DNA from: Eledone cirrhosa
Taxonomy: Eukaryota
DNA: 64,000 bases
Assembly (NCBI GenBank): GCA_964016885.1
Contig: OZ024741.1
Location: forward strand, 361,274,001 to 361,338,000
Direction: 5' to 3'
Both the position numbers and the translations under genes were made by a program. Below are positions 26,901 to 40,071 of this stretch, one piece after another. How positions within the stretch are numbered: the stretch's first letter is position 1; every line of letters starts with the position of its first letter. Under the pieces are notes generated by a model, which searched no databases, had not been told where the DNA came from, and was given only the letters and a program-made list of their open reading frames with translations.

Positions 26901-27194
26901 TCAGAGTGATCTTGAAAATTGTGTGGTCGAGGGACCTCGTAAATTGTCGGGTGGGAGTCAACGGTAAATCATGGGTGGGGAACTTTGTTCATAACCAGAG
27001 TGAAATACAAATGCAGTATAAGTATATGTTGGGGTACAGCAGTGCTAAGAAAAATAAAGAATTGTTAAATTTATAAATTCATTGATATTGTAACTTATAT
27101 TAAATTTGGTTTTAAGGCTTAAAACAGATGACCTCCAAATTGGTCAATACTGATCCCCAGGAGTTTTATAAGAAACAAAAATACATAAAATAAT

Positions 27195-27376
27195 TATTTC
27201 TACTTTTGGCACAAGGCCAGCAATTATCCCAGTGTATTACAGGTACTTTATTTCATCGACCTCGTAAGGATGAAAGGCAAAGTTAACCTCAGCGGGATTT
27301 GAACTCAGACCGTAAAGGGCTGTAACTCTTTGCTGCAAAGCATGGCGTCAGACCCTCTACCGATATTGCCAATGCC
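27195..27376 (-). mobile_element. tRNA-derived SINE with TSD
   Basis: Same family as 17471-17820. AAATACATAAAATAAT on both sides. Confidence 0.88.
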
Positions 27377-28140
27377 AAATACATAAAATAATACAATAAA
27401 ATACATCTTGGCTTATACAGCTTTCTGAGTTGTACACACTATATCCTTGTGTGTCATAAAACATGACTAAAAGTGTTAGTGTCAGGAAGGGCATCAGGCT
27501 GTAAAACATTGCCTCAGTAAGTCCTATCTAACCCACACCAGCACAGAAAAGTCAACCTTAAAGTGATGATATAGCTTCGATCAATTGACAAGATTCCAGA
27601 CCTCATTCGATTGCCGAGTGGAGTGGATCTCATCAAATCAGACCAAGGAAACAATGTTTCTATTGGTCTTTCCATTACTGATACTATCTACTTGTTGCGA
27701 CTCCTGGCAGAAGGAGCAACATGAAATAAAGTGTCTTGCTCAAGGACACAACACATCACCCAGTCTGAGAATTGAACTCACAACCTCATGATTGTGAATC
27801 AAACTCTCTAACCACAAAGCCATGTCCCTTCACAGATAATGATATAATTAGTCTTTATTGTCTGTATATTTTTATAGTCAGCTTACTGATTGATTTATTT
27901 ACATATTTATTTTTGTACATGCTTGGATGAATGCGAGGTAAGGATTTGGTGAAGAAGTTGATGGTCTAATAAAACGTTTAGGGATCCCTGACTTACATAG
28001 AAGTTTTTTGAGACTTTGTCAGTGGATGATTTCATATTCAAATATGAGTGAAATTTCACCCTCAAACAAATGGCTCAGCACCTTTTATATAGTTGTTCAT
28101 TCCTTCATAGGCTTATTGTTTTTTATTCTATTTTTTTCAG

Positions 28141-28393
28141 GTGATTGCTGGTTGTTGGCCGCCGTTGCATCTCTTACCATTGATCAGAAATTACTGTACA
28201 GAGTTGTTCCACTTGGTCAAGACTTTGAGGACAACTACACCGGTTGCTTCCGTTTCCGTTTCTGGCACCAAGGTGACTGGGTAGACGTTGTTGTTGATGA
28301 CAGAATACCAACATCTTATGACCGACTTATTTATATGCATTCTGCTGAGAAGAATGAGTTCTGGAGTGCTTTACTGGAGAAAGCTTATGCTAA
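28141..28393 (+). CDS. Calpain exon with catalytic Cys, 253 nt: (G)[12 protein letters not shown]...DDRIPT...[14 protein letters not shown]
   Basis: TTTTTTTCAG acceptor, AA|GTAAGA donor. [14 protein letters not shown] and [13 protein letters not shown] are diagnostic calpain motifs. Phase matches both neighbouring exons. Confidence 0.98.
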
Positions 28394-28540
28394 GTAAGAA
28401 ACTTTTGTTTGTTATTGGTGTTGTTTTAGATGGTGAATTGCCAGTCATAAAGTTGTCAGATTAAATACTTCTGTATTTACTTGGCTCAATGTATGTACTA
28501 TTTCAAATCCCACCAAAATCAACCTCATTATTTTGGGGTC

Positions 28541-28722
28541 ACTGGCAGTATCAGTAGAGTATCAGACACCATGCTTTGCAGCATAGACTTACGGCCCTTT
28601 ACGTTCTGGGTTAAATCCCGCCAAGGTAAACTTTGCATTTCATCCTTACGGGGTTGATAAAATAAAGTACCAGTATTGCACTGGGATAATTGTTGGCCTT
28701 GTGCCAAAAGTAGAAACAATTA
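28541..28722 (+). mobile_element. tRNA-derived SINE
   Basis: Same family, opposite orientation to 27195-27376. Confidence 0.85.
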
Positions 28723-30548
28723 TTTTGGGTTTGGTAAATAAAATACCAGTCCAGAAGTAATAGATAGACAGAATTGTTAAGAACTCAGACAGAATGCTTT
28801 CTAATATCTGATCTGGCATTCTGAATCCAAATCCTTCTACCAAGAGTTGTAACTACAGATATTATCAACAATGGAAAGATCAAATGAAACATTGTTTCCT
28901 TTGTCCAATCTGATGATCAGGCCCTTTTTACTTTTTATTGTTTTTACTTGGTTTCTATTCATACTGGCATTATTATTTATTTATTTATTTGATGAGCATG
29001 TCTGGAGCGAGGATTTGTGCCTTTATTCTTTGTAAACACTCCAAGACTGATGATGTTGATGTTGTTAACATTCCTTCTGATGGCTACCAAAAATACATGT
29101 GCAGGAAAGGAATTTTAGAAGGTCAAAGTTCTGAGGAGGTAGGACTGTATACAGTGGTTAGTGCAAGGCCTTAAAGTGGAGGAAACTTGAGGCTGGAGTG
29201 TTGTATTTTTGGGGCATATTGAATGCTGAAATTGATTTCTTTCACATTCACCTGAGAATACTATAGAAAACGTTCTTGTTATTGTTGTTGTTCAAGCCCA
29301 GGTGAGACTTGTTAGAGTAGACATATGCTCAAAGGCATTTTAGACATGACCTTTTCATTTTTTTCTTAAGTCATAGCGCTTCTAGAACTCCTCTATCCAA
29401 TGTACCTTTTTTTTATAAAAACAATAGGGTACGATATGAGGGAGTTTTGGGTTGCTATTTCTTGCAGCTCATGAGACCCTGTAGTGGTTTCCTCATTGCC
29501 TCCAACTGAACTCATCCTATCTTCTTGTCAGACTTATCTAGAATTATCCAATCCGTCATTCATTTCCTTTTTTAGAGGGAAATTTGTTTACTCCCTCTAG
29601 CAAGTCAACTTATCACATAAAAGATTCAATTTGATAATGTTGCTCATATTTTACCCTTTTTAATTTTATGGAAAGGTCATGAACCTCACAACATCTCCTG
29701 ATGTCTTAACCCTATTCAAAATAAATCAGTAAAGGAAAACATGCTTTATAAATGGATAAAAATGTATATTAATGATCACAAGGTGTTGAGTTTGATCCTA
29801 GTGCATGGTGTCTTTTACCAAAGCATTGGGTTTACACAAGCCTAGTAAGTAAAATTGGCAAGATGGAAATTGCATGGAAGCCTGTTTATTGAATTATACC
29901 TGTAATTCAATGGTCCATCTTTGTCACATATTTCATTCAGTGTCATCATTCTTGTTGTTTAATGCCAGGTCAACCCTGATCAAGTTGACCTATGACTAAA
30001 AGCTTTCCAGCCATGACCATCCTGTATTTTACTTAAGAATTATATTATCTAGAATTACATTATCTAATGTGACTTTTCTCTTTCTAAGACTGTAAACAGG
30101 TATTTTATGGAGACTTAAACTACTATATCTAGCAGAATGAAACACTTAGTTTCTTTGACTCAAAGTGTTGTTGTTTAGTCCCAGGTCAGCTCTGATGTAG
30201 AAGACATGTAATCAAAGGTGTTCTATGACCAATCCAGTTTTTCTTTTATTCAAACATCTAGGAGTTTTGTGAGTTTTCTGGGATGAGAAGGGATTAAGCA
30301 ATAGGGTGTGATTTGGGGAGAGATTTGACTGCTATTTCTAGCAGGTCAAATGAATGTGTGCAGGCTACCTTGTTGGCTTCTTTCATTCAGTGTTGGTTCC
30401 TGTTGTAATAAGTTTTAACCCCTTTGATACCATACTGCATGAAACCGCCCCTGGTTAAACAAAACTGTTTATTTTAAAGTGTTTATATTTAGCTAAAAAC
30501 CTTCTATCATAATTTTATGTAAGAGCATTTATTATGTTCTAAATGCCA

Positions 30549-30734
30549 AGGGCGGTGGATTGGCAGTATCAGTGGAGGGTTGGAGGCCATGCTTTCCAGC
30601 ATAGTTACGTCCCTTTACGATCTGAGTTCAAATCCCGCCGAGGTTGACTTTTCCTTTCATCCTTACGGGGTCGATAAAATAAAGTACCAGTAATGCACTG
30701 GGTAATTGCTGGCCTTGTGCCTAAAGTAGAAACA
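30549..30734 (+). mobile_element. Full-length tRNA-derived SINE with 18-bp TSD, nested in a TTAA MITE (about 30415-30872)
   Basis: ATTATGTTCTAAATGCCA at 30531-30548 and 30735-30752. A and B boxes intact. Confidence 0.92.
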
Positions 30735-31324
30735 ATTATGTTCTAAATGCCAGCTTAATAAAGAGAAATTTAGTTATTTTACTAAATCCCTCAAAATTTT
30801 TTAATATTTTCAAAATAATTTCAAAACGATGGGTAGTGTCTTTCATTAGAAATATATTGACAAAAAGGTAACTGATTCAATTCTGCTAGCTGTCTTTTAA
30901 ATCTTGATCAGAGAGAAGGGGTAAGTCTGGGGAGATAAGGATATATTTCAACTGTACTTACTGACATAAATCATGTTATAGAACCAAAAGGTTTTCACAC
31001 AGCACCCAGATACAGTCAGTGTAATGTTACTAAGCAACTATTGAAGTGTTACGGGGGGGGGGGGGGGTGCTGTTCTGTGTTACTTTTTTTCATGAATATC
31101 TAATTACAGCCATTTTAACAGGTCACCACCTCTAATGATTAATTGTTTCAGTATATGTCTACTTTAGTGTGTGTCTGACTGAACTCAGTATATACTGGGA
31201 GGAAGTGGGATGAAACAGAATTAAATATTATAAATAACTCTTTTGATACCAACCCACCTGCCTGAGACCCCAGCCCCACCCCCATTTAAAGCATGACAGA
31301 CCTTACAATACTTCGCCATCATAT

Positions 31325-31710
31325 TCATCATCATTTTTCCTGCCATTTTTCCAAGCTTTCATGGGTTGGACTGGTCCTTCTCAGCACAACATCTCTCCAC
31401 TTGTGTTTCTTCATCATCTCCTCTGTGAAATATCAGAGGTCATGATTTGAGGTCTTTCTTGGTCTAGTTCTACTGTGACTACCTTCCACTGACATTTCCT
31501 GGCACTTCTTCATCCATCGGTCATGATCAATGTGCATTACATGTCCATACCAATGCAGTCTTCTCTCCTGCACATCACCTTGAATTCCTCTTAAACCCAG
31601 TTTCTCTCCCAGTTCATCCAAGCTCTGCCTTTCTCTCAGTTGACAACAAAAGGTTTATCCCTACATACAAAAGTACGACTGTATGATGGCTGTGTGCGAA
31701 GTGTGATGAT
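31325..31710 (-). mobile_element. RTE LINE 3' fragment with an inverted 5' segment
   Basis: Minus strand LGLRGI..VQERRLHWYGHVM. The adjoining plus-strand piece TTKGLSLHTKVRLYDGCVRS is the upstream part of the same ORF. Confidence 0.75.
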
Positions 31711-32164
31711 GCATGATAATGAAACTATATCTCTTTCTCAGTTCCTCTCTCTCATTTTCTATCTTTCTCTGGAAGAAATCTGCTGTACTCAGGCCTGCAG
31801 AAGGATGGGCTCCACCAAGCTTAAAATGCCCAAGAAATACCATATGTCAATACAGCACCCCTACGACTCTATCAGGAGTTACGGGACCATATATACATAT
31901 ATGTATTTAAGTGCATACATACATGTACATATACATGTGCATGTATGTATACACTCATACATAGGAGCTTTTTGAATAAATCTGGTGGAATAAGCCACTA
32001 AAAATGAGATTTGCTGTCCTAATCATCCCAATATGTGTTTACAAATTTGACTCTATTACATGTATTTCAATTGATTAATGAAACATTTTGAGAGCTCTAG
32101 TAAAATTATTAATTATTTCATTACTAAGATACTTAACATATGGTTCTTATGTAAAATTATGATA

Positions 32165-32657
32165 ATTGTTTCTACTTTTGGCACAAGGCTAACAATTATC
32201 CCAGTGCATTACTGTTACTTTATTTTATCGACCCCATGAAAGGCAAAGTTAACCTTGGCGGTATTTGAACTCAGAATGTAAAGGGCCATAATTCTATGCT
32301 GCAAAGCATGGTGTCTGACACTCTACTGATACTGCCAAACCACCAAAATTATTGTGTACAGTGCTTAGGTGCACTACTCATCAAAAGTGAATGTACAGTA
32401 CATAAAATAATATATAAATGTCAGAAAAGTGAACAGTGTATGAGTCATGATATACACACAGACACACACATATGCATGTGTATGGGGGTGGGATATCAAG
32501 TGTTGTGTAGGCAAATTCAGGAAGCATGGAAATTTTAAAGGATGCAGTGTCCTGACAGTTAACAACTGATGCAGGTAATTTGTTCCATGCTTCAGCAACT
32601 CTGAGCGTGAAAGAATGTTTCCAAAACTCATGGGAGCCGTACTGTTTTCTGATTTTG
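32165..32657 (-). mobile_element. SINE (32165-32345) abutting a CR1 3' fragment (32346-32657)
   Basis: Matches other window copies of both families. Confidence 0.85.
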
Positions 32658-33337
32658 TGTTGAAATATTTTAATTTAAATAGGAACTCTTTAAAGTAGGT
32701 GGTTTTGTTTCATAGGACCAGAGCTAGATTTGGGCCAGATTGGTATTAAAAGGGTTAATCAGTAAATGTGTGTTATTATTTATAATTATATATTTTTAAC
32801 AACCCCAACATTAACATTAGTTTAAATATACATGCAATATATATTCATGTAACAATCAAATTTTTAGATGAAATTATAGGATTAACTATTACATGGCTAC
32901 TACTTTCAAAGTACTGAAAGTCACACAACAATCCAATAAACCAGTAATGTACTGGGATAATTGCTGGCCTTGTGCCAAAAAGTAGAAACAATTTTTTTTT
33001 TTCAAATTTTTGGTTGTCAAAATTAGGGTGTGTCCTCAAGGATGAAGTGTCTTCGGTGCTGGGAAATACAGTATGTTCAAGATAATACATTGATTCACAA
33101 ATGTTGTTGCCCTGTTATCCATGAAAAAATAGGGATGAATTTTATATGAGATACATGGAAAAATCCAAATTTGGGTGGGCATGGGGGGGGGGGGGATAGG
33201 TGGTTGACTTTTACATAGGATCGGCTTTTATATAAAGTGGTTTATATATAACAGGTGCTTGTGTTTTTATTGGCAACATGACCCTCTCAAAGTATAACAG
33301 TTTATATATATTCTTCCTTTGTTCCTTTCTTTCTCAG

Positions 33338-33506
33338 GCTCAATGGTTGTTATGAGGCACTTAAAGGTGGAAATAGCTCAGAAGCTATGGAAGACTTTAC
33401 TGGAGGTGTTACAGAAATGTTTACCCTCCAAGAAGCACCAAAGAACCTGTTCCAGATTATGTTGAAAGCTTTCCAGAGGTCTTCTCTCATGGGATGTTCA
33501 CTTGAT
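33338..33506 (+). CDS. Calpain exon, 169 nt: [23 protein letters not shown]...SLMGCSLD
   Basis: TTCTTTCTCAG acceptor, GAT|GTAAGT donor, conserved [20 protein letters not shown] motifs. Phase 2 to phase 0. Confidence 0.98.
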
Positions 33507-34149
33507 GTAAGTATTTACAACTATATACAATTGATGTAATATTGTAATTATTTAATGACTAACTAACATAGTTAAATGATTGTCAAACAAACTAATGGTT
33601 TGTAGAGATAGATAACTGATGGACAAGGGAGTTACCTAAATGTTTTATTCTTAAGACATATGGCCGAATACAATGTTATCTTTATGTCCAATTAATACTA
33701 TTGTTAAATCCTACAGAAAGAGACACAGAAGGAGAGGCAGAAAGAGAGAGATACAATTAAAGTTTTAGATATTCAGAGAGAGAGTGATGTCCCACAAAAG
33801 TATCGGTTGAAGGTTTAACAATATTGCGTTAGCTTTTATAAAGTAGTTTTACAGTCTTTGATTTTACAGAACAAAGAAAAATTGATACTATTTGAAATTA
33901 ATCTACCCTCCAGCTTTTATCCATATACTACTTACAGTTCATACTAAATAAGCAACACTTCGGAAGCAATGCTATGCGGTATATTGCTGTGTTTCAGATG
34001 ACGTCCTTTGGAACTGAAAAAGATCATACGGACTATGGTTATTTCACAACATTTAAAATCCAAGGCCAATGCTACCATTTAATCAGCAGTTTCTTCCCCC
34101 ACCCTAATAAGGAAGTTTTATGATTGTTTTTTTTTTATGTCTCTCTCAC

Positions 34150-34270
34150 ACACTCACACACACATCACAGTCTCACCTCATACCAGATAACACATCCAAT
34201 GCAGTTGTTTTCTCTTTTATCCGTCTTTTCTTTACTGTTCTCCTGAGCGAAGCTGGGTACCTCAGCTAGT
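34150..34270 (+). mobile_element. Helitron-like 3' terminus
   Basis: GAGCGAAGCTGGGTACCTCAGCTAG|T: short GC hairpin followed by CTAG-T. 5' boundary not determined. Confidence 0.5.
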
Positions 34271-34519
34271 GTGTTGATAAAATAAAGTAACTCTCAAGCT
34301 CTAAGGTCAATTTAGTAAAAATATTCTCTCAAAAAATCCTCTTGGCTTGTAAGAAATTGTTATTAATGGTGGATTGACAGAGTCATTAGAACATTGGACA
34401 AATGCTTAGCAGTATTTGTTCTGGCTCTTTACATTTTGAGTTCAAATTTTCCAAAGTTAACTTTGCCTTTCATCCTTCTGAGGTCAGTAAGTACTGGTTA
34501 AGTACTGGAGTTGATATTA

Positions 34520-35160
34520 TCATCAGATGGATGTGTAACAGTAATATACGTGAACGACAAAGCATAAATGAATTGAGAGAGAGACTGAGCATAAGAGGAA
34601 TCAAATGCTGTGTGCAGGAGAGGCGGTTGCGCTGGTATGGACATGTGATGCGTATGAAGGATGACAGCTGCATAAAAAGGTGCAGAGCACTAGAAGTTGA
34701 TGGAAACCGCGGAGTGGGGAAACCCAAGATGACCTGGTATGAGGTGATAAAAGCCGACCTTACCAAATTACACCTCTCAAAGGCAATGACACACGACCGT
34801 GACTTCTGGTGTCACGCAGTAATACAGAGTACCCGACCTCCCATGGGTACAAGCTGAAGCATATAGACAATATGCCCCCACACCCCCCACCGCAAGGTGG
34901 TCGTGGAGGTGCCACTGCAAAAAAGCACCCAGCCCACACTGTAAAGTGGACGTGTAGGCGCCACGGAAAAGCACCCAGCCCACACTGTAAATGAGGTTGG
35001 TGTTAGGAAGGGCATCCAGCTGTAGATATCAAGCCAAATCAGTTCCTGTATGAGCAAGGCATGGTCAGCCGACCAGACACTGCCCACAACAGGACAACCC
35101 GTCTAACCCATGCTAGCGTGGAAGAACGGACGTAAAACGGTGATGATGATGATGATGATG
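34520..35160 (+). mobile_element. 5'-truncated RTE LINE with (GAT)n tail, nested in an older SINE
   Basis: RWMCNSNIRERQSINELRERLSIRGI..VQERRLRWYGHVMR, then 3' UTR and GATGAT tail. Confidence 0.9.
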
Positions 35161-35215
35161 ATTCCCTCCTCCTCCAAAATGGCTGGCCTTGTACCAAAAT
35201 TAAAAACCATTATTA

Positions 35216-35390
35216 AGGCGGTGGATTGGCAGTATCGGTAGAGGGTCAGACGACATGCTTTGATGCATAGAGTTACGGCCCTTGCCATTCTGAGTTCAAA
35301 TCCTTGCCTTTCATGCTTACGGGGTCGATAAAATAAAGTACCAGTAATGCACTGGGTAATTGTGGCCTTGTGCCAAAAGTAGAAACAATT
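35216..35390 (+). mobile_element. tRNA-derived SINE
   Basis: GGCGGTGGATTGGCAGTATCGG head. Same family as above. Confidence 0.88.
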
Positions 35391-37606
35391 ATTAAGTTGG
35401 TATCTGGAGCATAACAAAACAAAAGTTTTTACATTAAATTAATCATGAATGTTTTTTAGATAGATATAAACACTTTAAAATAAACAGTTTTGTATCATTG
35501 AACCAGGAGTGATTTCTGGCAATTTGGTATCAGAAGGATTAAAGGATGGTGGATAGGTAGAATCATTGAAGCATTCAACAAATTTACTTTACAGTATTTT
35601 GTTACAACACTTTACATTCTGAGTTCAAATCCCACCAAGTCGATTTTGCCTTTTATCTTTCCAAGGTCAATATTTAAAGTACCAGTCAAATACTGGATCT
35701 ATATGATCAACTTTTCCCTGTCTTTGACCTAACTTCTTACTTTCTGCATTCAAACTGCACCAAGGTCAACTTTCATCCTCCTGAGAGATCAATAAAAGTA
35801 CTGATCAACTATTGGGATTGATTTAATTGACTAACACCTTCCCACAAATTTCTGGCCTTGTGTCAATATTAGAAACAAATACAGCTGTTGCTGTTGTTGT
35901 CTGCTGAATAAAGTGCCAGTGGTATTTAGTTACTAGTGAATTAAGTACCAGTAGTATGATATGCTCCCCATTAATTGAATCAATAATAACCTTTTCCTTC
36001 TAAATATATGGCCTTGTCACAATGCATTGGTTTGTTTTGTTTTGTTCGGTATATTTTTAGTATATTAAAAGTATTCTGTATATTATATGGTTGTGTATGT
36101 TGTATATATGTAGGTAAAAATCATAGCTGTTTGGTTAAAATGTTTGCTTCACAACCATGCAATTTCAGGTTCAATCCCACTATGTCATCTTGGGCATTTA
36201 TCTTCTACTGCAGTCTTGTGAGTGAAATTTAGTTGATGAAAACTGTATAAAAGCCCATTGCATGTACATATGTATACATCTGTGTCTATGTTTATTGTTT
36301 GTGTATGTCCTATAACATAGCAGTTCCACAAAATAATCAAATTTGAAATAAGAAGTAATAGGATGGATATGATTAACTAAATCCTTCAAGAAGGTGCCTC
36401 AGCATGGCTGCAGTCTAATGAGTGAAGCAATAAAAGAGTAAGACCTGGGATTGTGGTTCGATTTTTTAAATTGATATTGGTACTGGTGTATTGCTGAAGA
36501 CTGTGTCGTTGGATTCACCTCTATCCACCTTGTTAGCAATAACCTCTGTAAATTCCTTATAAGCTTTCTTTTAACTCCTAACATCATGTACTGGTTTAAT
36601 AGAAAATATATAAAAACTGATTTGTTAATTCAAATGTTTATAGTATCTTTACTGATGGACAAGGCACTGTGGAAATTTGCAATAAACTAAAGTGAAGTTA
36701 ATTATAGGTAGGCTTTCTAAAGTAATGAGAGGGTTCTTTTTTGTTCTGTTTTGTTTTTCTGCCAGAGTATGAAGGCATTGTGAGAGGTATCAAAAAAGAG
36801 AAGGGCCCACTTTTGGTCATGACTGACCATGGGCTTAGCACCCATGACTGATTGACCTTGGGTTTGTCTTTCCAAGATATAAGCCTGGGCAAAGTGTTTT
36901 TGTGGAAGATCAGCAGTTGGCCATGTAAGGCAGTCTCTTTTCCTCACATCATCAAAATTGTCCAAGGAAAAGGCAAAAGCTAATACAGCTAACACCAATC
37001 TCATTGCAACTTATTTTTTCCAGCTGAGTGAACTGGAGCAGTGGGAGATAGTGTCTTACTCAAGGACACAATACACTGCCCAGCCTGGGAATCAAACTCA
37101 TAATCTTACAATGATGAGCCCAGCGCCCTAGGCCATGCATCTTTACAAGGGAAATGTCAAATGCTTATAAAATTATATTTGAAATCAAATATTAATCTGT
37201 AACAACACAGAAAAATAAAACAACATAATTCTGAAATGCTGAGAAAAATTATGCTGTTGTCTTTGTTTTATTTTTGCTGTTATTTTTTGTTTGGTTGGTT
37301 TTTTTCTTTGTGATATATGAAAATAGCTGAATTTCCTTTGGTATGAGAACACAGGGTAATAAAAATTGTAAGCTTCATTACTGTTGCCATAGAAACCAAA
37401 TAAATAGGTGTAGTTTACTCCCACATAAGTTCTTCTTCTTGCCTTCATTATTCTAGTACTAGTCCCTGTTTTAAGGTTTTTTCTGTAAAGTAATTCCGTG
37501 AGTGACACTTTATCTTTATATCATAATTCCACCAGAAATGAAAATAAATCTACATTCTTCTTTCATCAGTATTTCTTATTTTCATTATTTCATTCTTCTC
37601 TTACAG

Positions 37607-37618
37607 GACAGTGATTTG
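37607..37618 (+). CDS. Candidate calpain microexon, 12 nt (DSDL)
   Basis: Long pyrimidine tract ending CTTCTCTTACAG, weaker TTG|GTATTA donor. In frame in a phase-0 intron. Confidence 0.35.
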
Positions 37619-38828
37619 GTATTATGCCAAATGTTTTTACTGTTCTGTTATATTCTGTTATATTATGCTATTTTAGTGAAGCTGCATGGCTTAGTGGTTA
37701 GGGCGCTTGACTCATAAACTTGAATCCCAGCAGTGCATTGTGTTCTTGAGCAAGACATGTTATTTCACATTGCTCCAGTATACACAGCTGGCAAAAATGA
37801 GGTGCACATTTTTTTCAAAGGGCCAGCATTGCCACAAACTGTGTCTGTATCTCCTTAAGAACTATGTTAAGAGTACACTTGTCAGTAGAATACTCAGCTC
37901 CTTGTAGGTTACTTTCAGGAGCAATATGTTCCATTGATTGAACAACTGGAATACTCAATGGCAATCCAACAAGCATCATGCTGTTCTGCTATAGTTTACT
38001 GTATTCTGCTATATTCTACTATTCTGCTATTCTACCCATTCCTTCTAAGTGTCATGTGTTTGATTCCTGACCCAGATGGTCCATTGTGTCTTAGAGCAAA
38101 ATGCTTCTGTCCAAATTGCTCTCATCCACTCAGCTGAAAAAAGAATGAGTAGTATTGTCAGCTGGAAAGAGGGTTTAACACCTGCAATGCATTGCCATCT
38201 AACTCGGGGGGGGGGGGGGGGGGTCATGAGGTCCTATTATTAAAACACTTGGGAGACTTCCTATAAGATGCAATCTCATTGGAGGAGGCCTAGGAACCAC
38301 ATAACTAAAAGCTGTAACAACTTCTAGATCAATAAAGATTAACAAAGTAGTTTGACTGTCCAAAACATAAATTTTCAATAATTATGCTTCGTTCCTCACT
38401 AATATTTACTCTAAAAGAAAAGAAGCCAATCATAAAATTGGACCAAGGAATCTGTTTCATAACAGAACACAGAGACAGATCAGACACTGCAAAGCATACT
38501 GCCCAACACTTTAACAATTCTGCAAATCCACTGCTCCTAGAATGGTACTTTATTTACCAACCCCCAAAAAATGAAAAGCAAAGTCGACCAAGGCAAGATT
38601 TCAATTCAAAGCACAGAAATTATTTAATCAATCTTGCCTATTTGTCATCTTATATATAATATAAACTATGCAGGGAGAGAGAAGTAGCATAGGCATTTCA
38701 TTGATCAAATTATGTGGCACTGTTAGTAGAGGGTGACCTAAATCAAGAGAAAGGGGAAGAGACAGGTTAGTCATTGGCATGGGCATACAATTTTGAGAGG
38801 AAATCTAAAAAAAAAAATGTATGTTGTA

Positions 38829-38830
<2 letters not shown>

Positions 38831-38899
<69 letters not shown>
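38831..38899. repeat. (TG)n microsatellite
   Basis: Directly visible. Confidence 0.97.
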
Positions 38900-38900
<1 letters not shown>

Positions 38901-39435
38901 CTTAGTTCAAATCCCACTTAAGTTGATTTCATCTTTCATCCTTTCAAAGGTCAACAAAATAAGAAACCATTGATCAAGTATTAGGAAGAGGATGTCAATT
39001 AAAACTGATTACAGGCCCCTCCCTCCAACCCTAAAAGATTTATGCCTCAGTATAACCAATGTCAAACAACTGAAGCCACTAAACCCATAAAAATGGAATG
39101 TGTCATGGTTTAAATTTTCTGGAGTATCTTTTAATTTTTTTTTTTATAAGTGGCTGCTAGTTAAACAGAAACAATACTGGGTAGAGAGGACTCTTCAATC
39201 AGCTGCGCATATGACAACCTTTCTAGTGTTGGTATCATAATAAAATGCATCCAGTACCTAAAGTGGTGAGCATTAGGAAGGGCATTTAATCATAGAAACC
39301 ATATCAAATATGGATGATATGAGCAAGATGTGGTCCCTCCCCACCAACCTTTCTAGTCTCAGATCATGATTGCCCATTCAACCCATACCAACATATAAAA
39401 ATGGTGATGTCTTTTTTTTTTTTTTCCTTTTTCAG

Positions 39436-39516
39436 GCAGATCCAAATGAGTTAGAAGCTAAACTAACAAATGGACTTGTATGTGGCCATGCTTACAGTAT
39501 CACGTGTTGCAAATAT
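39436..39516 (+). CDS. Calpain exon with catalytic His, 81 nt: ADPNELEAKLTNGLVCGHAYSITCCKY
   Basis: Long poly-T tract + TTCAG, donor TAT|GTAAGT, GLVxGHAYSIT motif. Phase 0/0. Confidence 0.98.
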
Positions 39517-39629
39517 GTAAGTATTCTCCAACTATTATGATTAACTTATTATTGTCATTATTGTTTCTTTATTCATTATTATTTTTATAAATATTATTGA
39601 TTTTCACAATAACTATTATAATTACTGGA

Positions 39630-39735
39630 TCTTTTTCCACAGCCTGTCAAGTCTCCCCAAGGACCTTAGACAGCACTTTTCTGAGTATACATGCAGCTAT
39701 ATCCAACAAAGCAGTCTTTTGTAGGAGACCAATTT
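39630..39735 (-). mobile_element. R4/Dong-like non-LTR 3' remnant in TAA-rich repeats
   Basis: Minus strand reads LQKTALLDIAACILRKVL, similar to the QKxALLGTAxILRKVL C-terminus. Flanked by (TTA)n-like sequence. Confidence 0.6.
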
Positions 39736-39972
39736 GTGTTTAAACATATTATTATAATTATTATTATTATTATTATTATTGTTAGTTATTAAAACTATTA
39801 TTATTATTATTGTTAGTTATTAACACTATTATTATCAGTATTGTTAAGAATAGTTGGGAAATTTTCCAGGTTATTTGCTCTTGCTTGTATATAATTTTTT
39901 TTTATTTAATCATTTGTGCAGTAACAAAGATGGTTATTATTTCAGAATTTCCACTGAATAAACAAATGTAAT

Positions 39973-40002
39973 GTATATATACATACACATATTATTCATG
40001 TA

Positions 40003-40071
<69 letters not shown>

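Noticed and set aside
28008-28140. N-terminal part of the 129-aa ORF as calpain start
   Set aside because: Intronic read-through. Homology begins at the AG at 28140 and the upstream exon supplies QGELG.
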